The notes beneath the pieces were generated by a model, which worked only from the letters and a program-made list of their open reading frames with translations, did not search any database and was not told the origin of the DNA. A DNA stretch of 41,172 nt from Sedimentibacter sp. (GTDB lineage: Bacteria; Bacillota; Clostridia; Tissierellales; Sedimentibacteraceae): positions 1 to 41,172 of the forward strand of contig DALZVZ010000001.1 in the NCBI GenBank assembly GCA_032011825.1, given 5' to 3'. Every line of letters begins with the position of its first letter. Position 1 is the stretch's first letter. A program made the position numbers and the translations under genes. This document shows, in pieces, positions 38,159 to 41,172 of the stretch.

Positions 38159-39514
38159 CTATCCTATAATTATTTTTCCTTCAGGATAGGTATAATTTCC
38201 TATATTTTTATTCTGCTTTAAAAATGCGTACGCCACAGTCATGGGCCCAACCCTTCCTATGAACATAACAACTGACAGAATTATTTTTCCAGCATTGCTC
38301 AAAAACGGAGTTAATCCTCTGCTCAGCCCCACCGTAGCAAAAGCGGACACTGTTTCATACAGGATATCAAGATAATCATATCCTGACGCTTCCTCAGTTA
38401 TAGCAAGTATGATGGATACAGCCAGCACCAGAAGCAGAGAAATCAGCAGAATTGCAGCTGCCTTTATTGTTGTTTCAGGTAATATTCTTCTTCCGAAAAC
38501 TTCAAAATCTCTCTTACCCTTTACTAAACTGTAAAATGATACAGCCAGCACTGCAAATGTTGTTGTCTTTATTCCACCGGCAGTGGATGCAGGTGATCCC
38601 CCTATAAACATAAGCACCACCGTTATAGCCACCGTAGCCATCCTTAGATTCTCGAGGGGCACTGAGTAGTACCCGGCTGTCCTGGGGTTCACCGCCTGGA
38701 ATATAGATGCATTGATTTTTGCAGACATATCCAGTCCTCCCATCGTCCCGGGATTATTATGCTCCAAGGAATACATGATTACCGTTCCTCCGATTAATAA
38801 AACAGAAGTCATTATTATTACCATCTTTGAATGCAGAGTAAGCATATGGAAATTTTTGCTTGCATATATGTCCCAAAATACAAAATAACCTATTCCTCCC
38901 GTTACTATAAGTCCGCAAACAGCTAATGTAATTATAGGATTGTCTACATAGTTTACCATGCTGTCACCCACCAAGTCAAATCCCGCATTGCAGAAGGATG
39001 ATACTGCATGGAATAAAGAGAAGCCTATTCCTTTTATGACTCCATAGTCTTTTATAAATACAGTTGAAAAAAGCAGGGCTCCGACAAATTCTACCCCAAA
39101 GGTAAAGAAGAGTATATTCTTAGTCAGCCTTACAACTCCCTGAAGTTCATCAACATTTCTTTCTTCCATTAAAAACACCCTTGTTTTAAGGGATATTCTT
39201 TTACCTATGAAAAATGAAATCATAGCCGTCATGGTCATTACTCCCAATCCACCTATTTGAATCAACATCATTATTACTACTTTTCCGAACAAAGTCCAAT
39301 AAGCCGCAGTATTTACCACCACAAGTCCCGTCACACAGGTGGCAGACGCTGCCGTAAAAACAGCGTTGATAAACCCGATGCTCTCTCCGTTCTGCGACGC
39401 AAACGGAAGATTGAGCAGTATTGCACCTATTAAAATAATGGCTGCAAAGCCAAAGAAAAATACAAGGTACGGATTTTTCTTGATTTCATTAATTTTTCTT
39501 TCAATATATTTCAT
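38159..39514 (-). CDS. ktrB: Ktr/TrkH potassium uptake membrane subunit
   Basis: Four pore motifs SATCVTGL, FCNAGF, RTAGY, FATVGL; STAGGIK; MFIGRVG. Confidence 0.93.
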   Translation of the reverse strand: MKYIERKINEIKKNPYLVFFFGFAAIILIGAILLNLPFASQNGESIGFINAVFTAASATCVTGLVVVNTAAYWTLFGKVVIMMLIQIGGLGVMTMTAMISFFIGKRISLKTRVFLMEERNVDELQGVVRLTKNILFFTFGVEFVGALLFSTVFIKDYGVIKGIGFSLFHAVSSFCNAGFDLVGDSMVNYVDNPIITLAVCGLIVTGGIGYFVFWDIYASKNFHMLTLHSKMVIIMTSVLLIGGTVIMYSLEHNNPGTMGGLDMSAKINASIFQAVNPRTAGYYSVPLENLRMATVAITVVLMFIGGSPASTAGGIKTTTFAVLAVSFYSLVKGKRDFEVFGRRILPETTIKAAAILLISLLLVLAVSIILAITEEASGYDYLDILYETVSAFATVGLSRGLTPFLSNAGKIILSVVMFIGRVGPMTVAYAFLKQNKNIGNYTYPEGKIIIG

Positions 39515-39530
39515 AATTTTCCTCTTATCA

Positions 39531-39647
39531 CAGTTTCGTTCACATATTTGCTTATTCGCTGCCGCTCATACAAATCTGGAACTCGTTGCGGCTGACCTAC
39601 CGCCATTTTTTCTCCATTCAGTCGAAAAAACAGTGTTAGGGCATACA
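39531..39647. repeat. Structured dispersed repeat, copy 2
   Basis: GTTGCGGCTGACCTACCGCCA (39585-39605) and GTTAGGGCATACA (39635-39647) are identical to copy 1; same three-hairpin layout. Confidence 0.85.
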
Positions 39648-39682
39648 TTTAAAGAGTGCACAAATCGCATTAATTTATGCAC

Positions 39683-39714
39683 AATAAAAGACTGCAATAA
39701 CTTACAGTCTTATT
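39683..39714 (-). terminator. Terminator after rplT
   Basis: Minus strand AAGACTGTAA...TTGCAGTCTT followed by TTATT. Confidence 0.7.
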
Positions 39715-39721
39715 AGGGCTC

Positions 39722-40072
39722 TTAATTTACTTTTACTTGCTCTACAAGGCTTGTGAATCCTGCTGGATCATATATTGCCATTTCAGAAAGCATCTTTCTG
39801 TTTACTTCGATATTGTTTTGCTTTAACAGATTTATAAATTTGCTGTATGACAATCCATTTTGTCTTGCTGCAGCGTTAATTCTTGCTATCCAAAGCTGTC
39901 TGAATTCTCTTTTTCTTAACTTTCTTCCAACATAAGCATATGAAAGAGACTTCATAACCGCCTGATTTGCTGTTTTATATAATTTACTCTTTGCTCCGTA
40001 ATATCCTTTAGCAAGTTTCAATACTTTTCTATGGTTTTTCTTAGCATTTACAGCCCTTTTTACTCTTGCCAT
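39722..40072 (-). CDS. rplT: 50S ribosomal protein L20
   Basis: [37 protein letters not shown]. Confidence 0.99.
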   Translation of the reverse strand: MARVKRAVNAKKNHRKVLKLAKGYYGAKSKLYKTANQAVMKSLSYAYVGRKLRKREFRQLWIARINAAARQNGLSYSKFINLLKQNNIEVNRKMLSEMAIYDPAGFTSLVEQVKVN

Positions 40073-40100
40073 TTAATTTTCCTCCTGATTATGTTACATA

Positions 40101-40295
40101 TTAGTATGGTAATAGTTTGCTTATTCTTTCTGCATCAGCACTTGACACCATTGTGCTCTTTCTTAAGTTTCTTATTGATTTAGAAGCCTTTTTTCCTGTA
40201 AAGTGATTCTTTCCGGATTTTGCTCTTTTTATTTGACCGCTTCCGGTTTTAGTAAATCTTTTTGCTGCTGATCTGTTAGTTTTTAATTTTGGCAT
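40101..40295 (-). CDS. rpmI: 50S ribosomal protein L35
   Basis: MPKLKTNRSAAKRF...LLPY; lies between infC and rplT. Confidence 0.98.
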   Translation of the reverse strand: MPKLKTNRSAAKRFTKTGSGQIKRAKSGKNHFTGKKASKSIRNLRKSTMVSSADAERISKLLPY

Positions 40296-40313
40296 AACAG
40301 TTCCTCCTTAAAG

Positions 40314-40820
40314 TTATTTTTTGGGAGTCAAAAACATAATCATGTTCTTGCCCTCTACTATTGGCTGCTTATCTATAACAGAATGTTCCGATGTCAATTC
40401 AGCAAATTGCATCAGCACTTCCCTACCTGCATCCATGTGACCAAGCTCTCTTCCCCTGAAACGAATAACAACCTTTACTCTGTCTCCGTCCTCAAGGAAC
40501 TTGCTTGCATTTTTTGCCTTAACGGCTAAATCATGCTCCTCAATATTTGGAGTCATCCTGATTTCTTTTACTGTAATAACTTTTTGTTTTTTCTTAGATT
40601 CTTTTTCTTTCTTAGCCTGGGCATACTTGTACTTGCCGTAATTCATAATTCTGCATACTGGTGGTTCTGCAGTTGGCGACACATTAACCAAGTCTAATTT
40701 TTTACCTTCGGCAATTTTTAAAGCATCCTTAGTGCTTATTACCCCTAACTGGCTTCCATCAGAGTCAATGACTCTTACTTCCTTTTCACGAATTTGTTCG
40801 TTAATTTGAAGTTCTTTTAT
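40314..40820 (-). CDS. infC: Translation initiation factor IF-3 (AUA start)
   Basis: Frame extends upstream of the ORF-track start: ATA AAA GAA CTT CAA ATT AAC GAA CAA ATT CGT (KELQINEQIR). GGAGGT RBS; in-frame TAA two codons upstream. PPVCRIMNYGKYKY and FRGRE motifs. Confidence 0.96.
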   Translation of the reverse strand: MKELQINEQIREKEVRVIDSDGSQLGVISTKDALKIAEGKKLDLVNVSPTAEPPVCRIMNYGKYKYAQAKKEKESKKKQKVITVKEIRMTPNIEEHDLAVKAKNASKFLEDGDRVKVVIRFRGRELGHMDAGREVLMQFAELTSEHSVIDKQPIVEGKNMIMFLTPKK

Positions 40821-40829
40821 AACTTACAC

Positions 40830-40992
40830 CTCCAATTATTACTGATTACTATATGCTTTTTTATCAATTTACAATAAAAAAGACAGCCACATCACCGCTA
40901 TCTTTAAATAATACAAAATTATTGCATTTATTTACTAACCTTACTAACAGTACGAGACGCCGTAAGGTGAGAAGCGGTTACTTCTTCTTGAA
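40830..40992 (-). ncRNA. Ribosomal protein L20 leader (infC leader)
   Basis: Minus strand AGAAGTAACCGCTTCTCACCTTAC...GTAAGGT and downstream GCGGTGATGTGGCTGTCTTTTTT, in the typical position upstream of infC-rpmI-rplT. Confidence 0.85.
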
Positions 40993-40999
40993 CATATAT

Positions 41000-41028
41000 A
41001 GTATATACACGCTAACAATAAATGTCAA
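41000..41028 (-). promoter_or_regulatory. Sigma-A promoter of infC operon
   Basis: Minus strand TTGACA, 17-bp spacer, TATACT. Confidence 0.8.
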
Positions 41029-41114
41029 CAATTATTTTTTTATTATGTTATAACTTTTTCTGTTATGGTAAAGATAAATCTATCAAAACTATAATCAATG
41101 TCTGAGGAGGTAAA

Positions 41115-41172
41115 ATGAAAAACAAATTTTTTTATTTAGCAGCATCCTTTATCGTATATAATATTATTATTA
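41115..41172 (+). CDS. 5' end of an exported/membrane protein, truncated by window edge
   Basis: GAGGAGG RBS then MKNKFFYLAASFIVIYIII (signal/TM-like). Confidence 0.6.
   Translation, partial: MKNKFFYLAASFIVYNIII

Noticed and set aside
39531..39647. Integron attC site or c-di-AMP riboswitch
   Set aside because: No RYYYAAC inverse core at the left end, GTTAGGG deviates from GTTRRRY, and there is no integrase or cassette array. ydaO hallmark motifs are absent.
39339..39716. 125-aa plus-strand ORF across the repeat, and the many other short antisense ORFs in the track
   Set aside because: These are shadow ORFs opposite well-supported genes, without RBS or recognisable motifs.
1..41172. CRISPR arrays, tRNA/rRNA genes, transposases, prophage or defence genes
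   Set aside because: No regularly spaced repeats, cloverleaf or rRNA signatures, or corresponding protein motifs were seen.

Overview
A low-GC, AT-rich anaerobic Firmicute chromosome segment (Clostridia/Tissierellia-like, judged from gene order and protein style only), dominated by housekeeping genes. In window order it holds: the 3' part of htpG, an APC amino-acid permease, an M15B D,D-carboxypeptidase ending a tsaE-tsaB-rimI unit, a small accessory islet (DUF2156/MprF-like synthase, a possible ECF-sigma remnant, a 42-aa membrane peptide), murC, a metF-metH-ispA unit, a cold-shock gene and an ABC-F ATPase. Next comes a dcw cluster (mraZ-rsmH-ftsL-spoVD/ftsI-murE-mraY-murD-ftsW-murG-murA-ftsQ-2xDUF881-sbp-ftsZ, with no ftsA or murF in the cluster), then lgt, pheS/pheT under a Phe T-box, trmH, ktrAB, and infC-rpmI-rplT under an L20 leader. 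No transposase, integrase, CRISPR array, tRNA or rRNA was seen. The most unusual signal is a ~117-nt structured non-coding element present twice, ~25.7 kb apart (13832-13948 and 39531-39647). The copies share an identical 21-nt core and a 13-nt terminus, while their flanking hairpins are conserved in structure but not in sequence. One copy is bracketed by an 11-bp direct repeat. It is a candidate unannotated dispersed structured RNA/ssDNA repeat family. Secondary observations are a probable AUA start on a DUF881 gene, a terminator-like hairpin inside the csp leader, DnaA boxes at the mraZ promoter, and a MurE with altered motifs.
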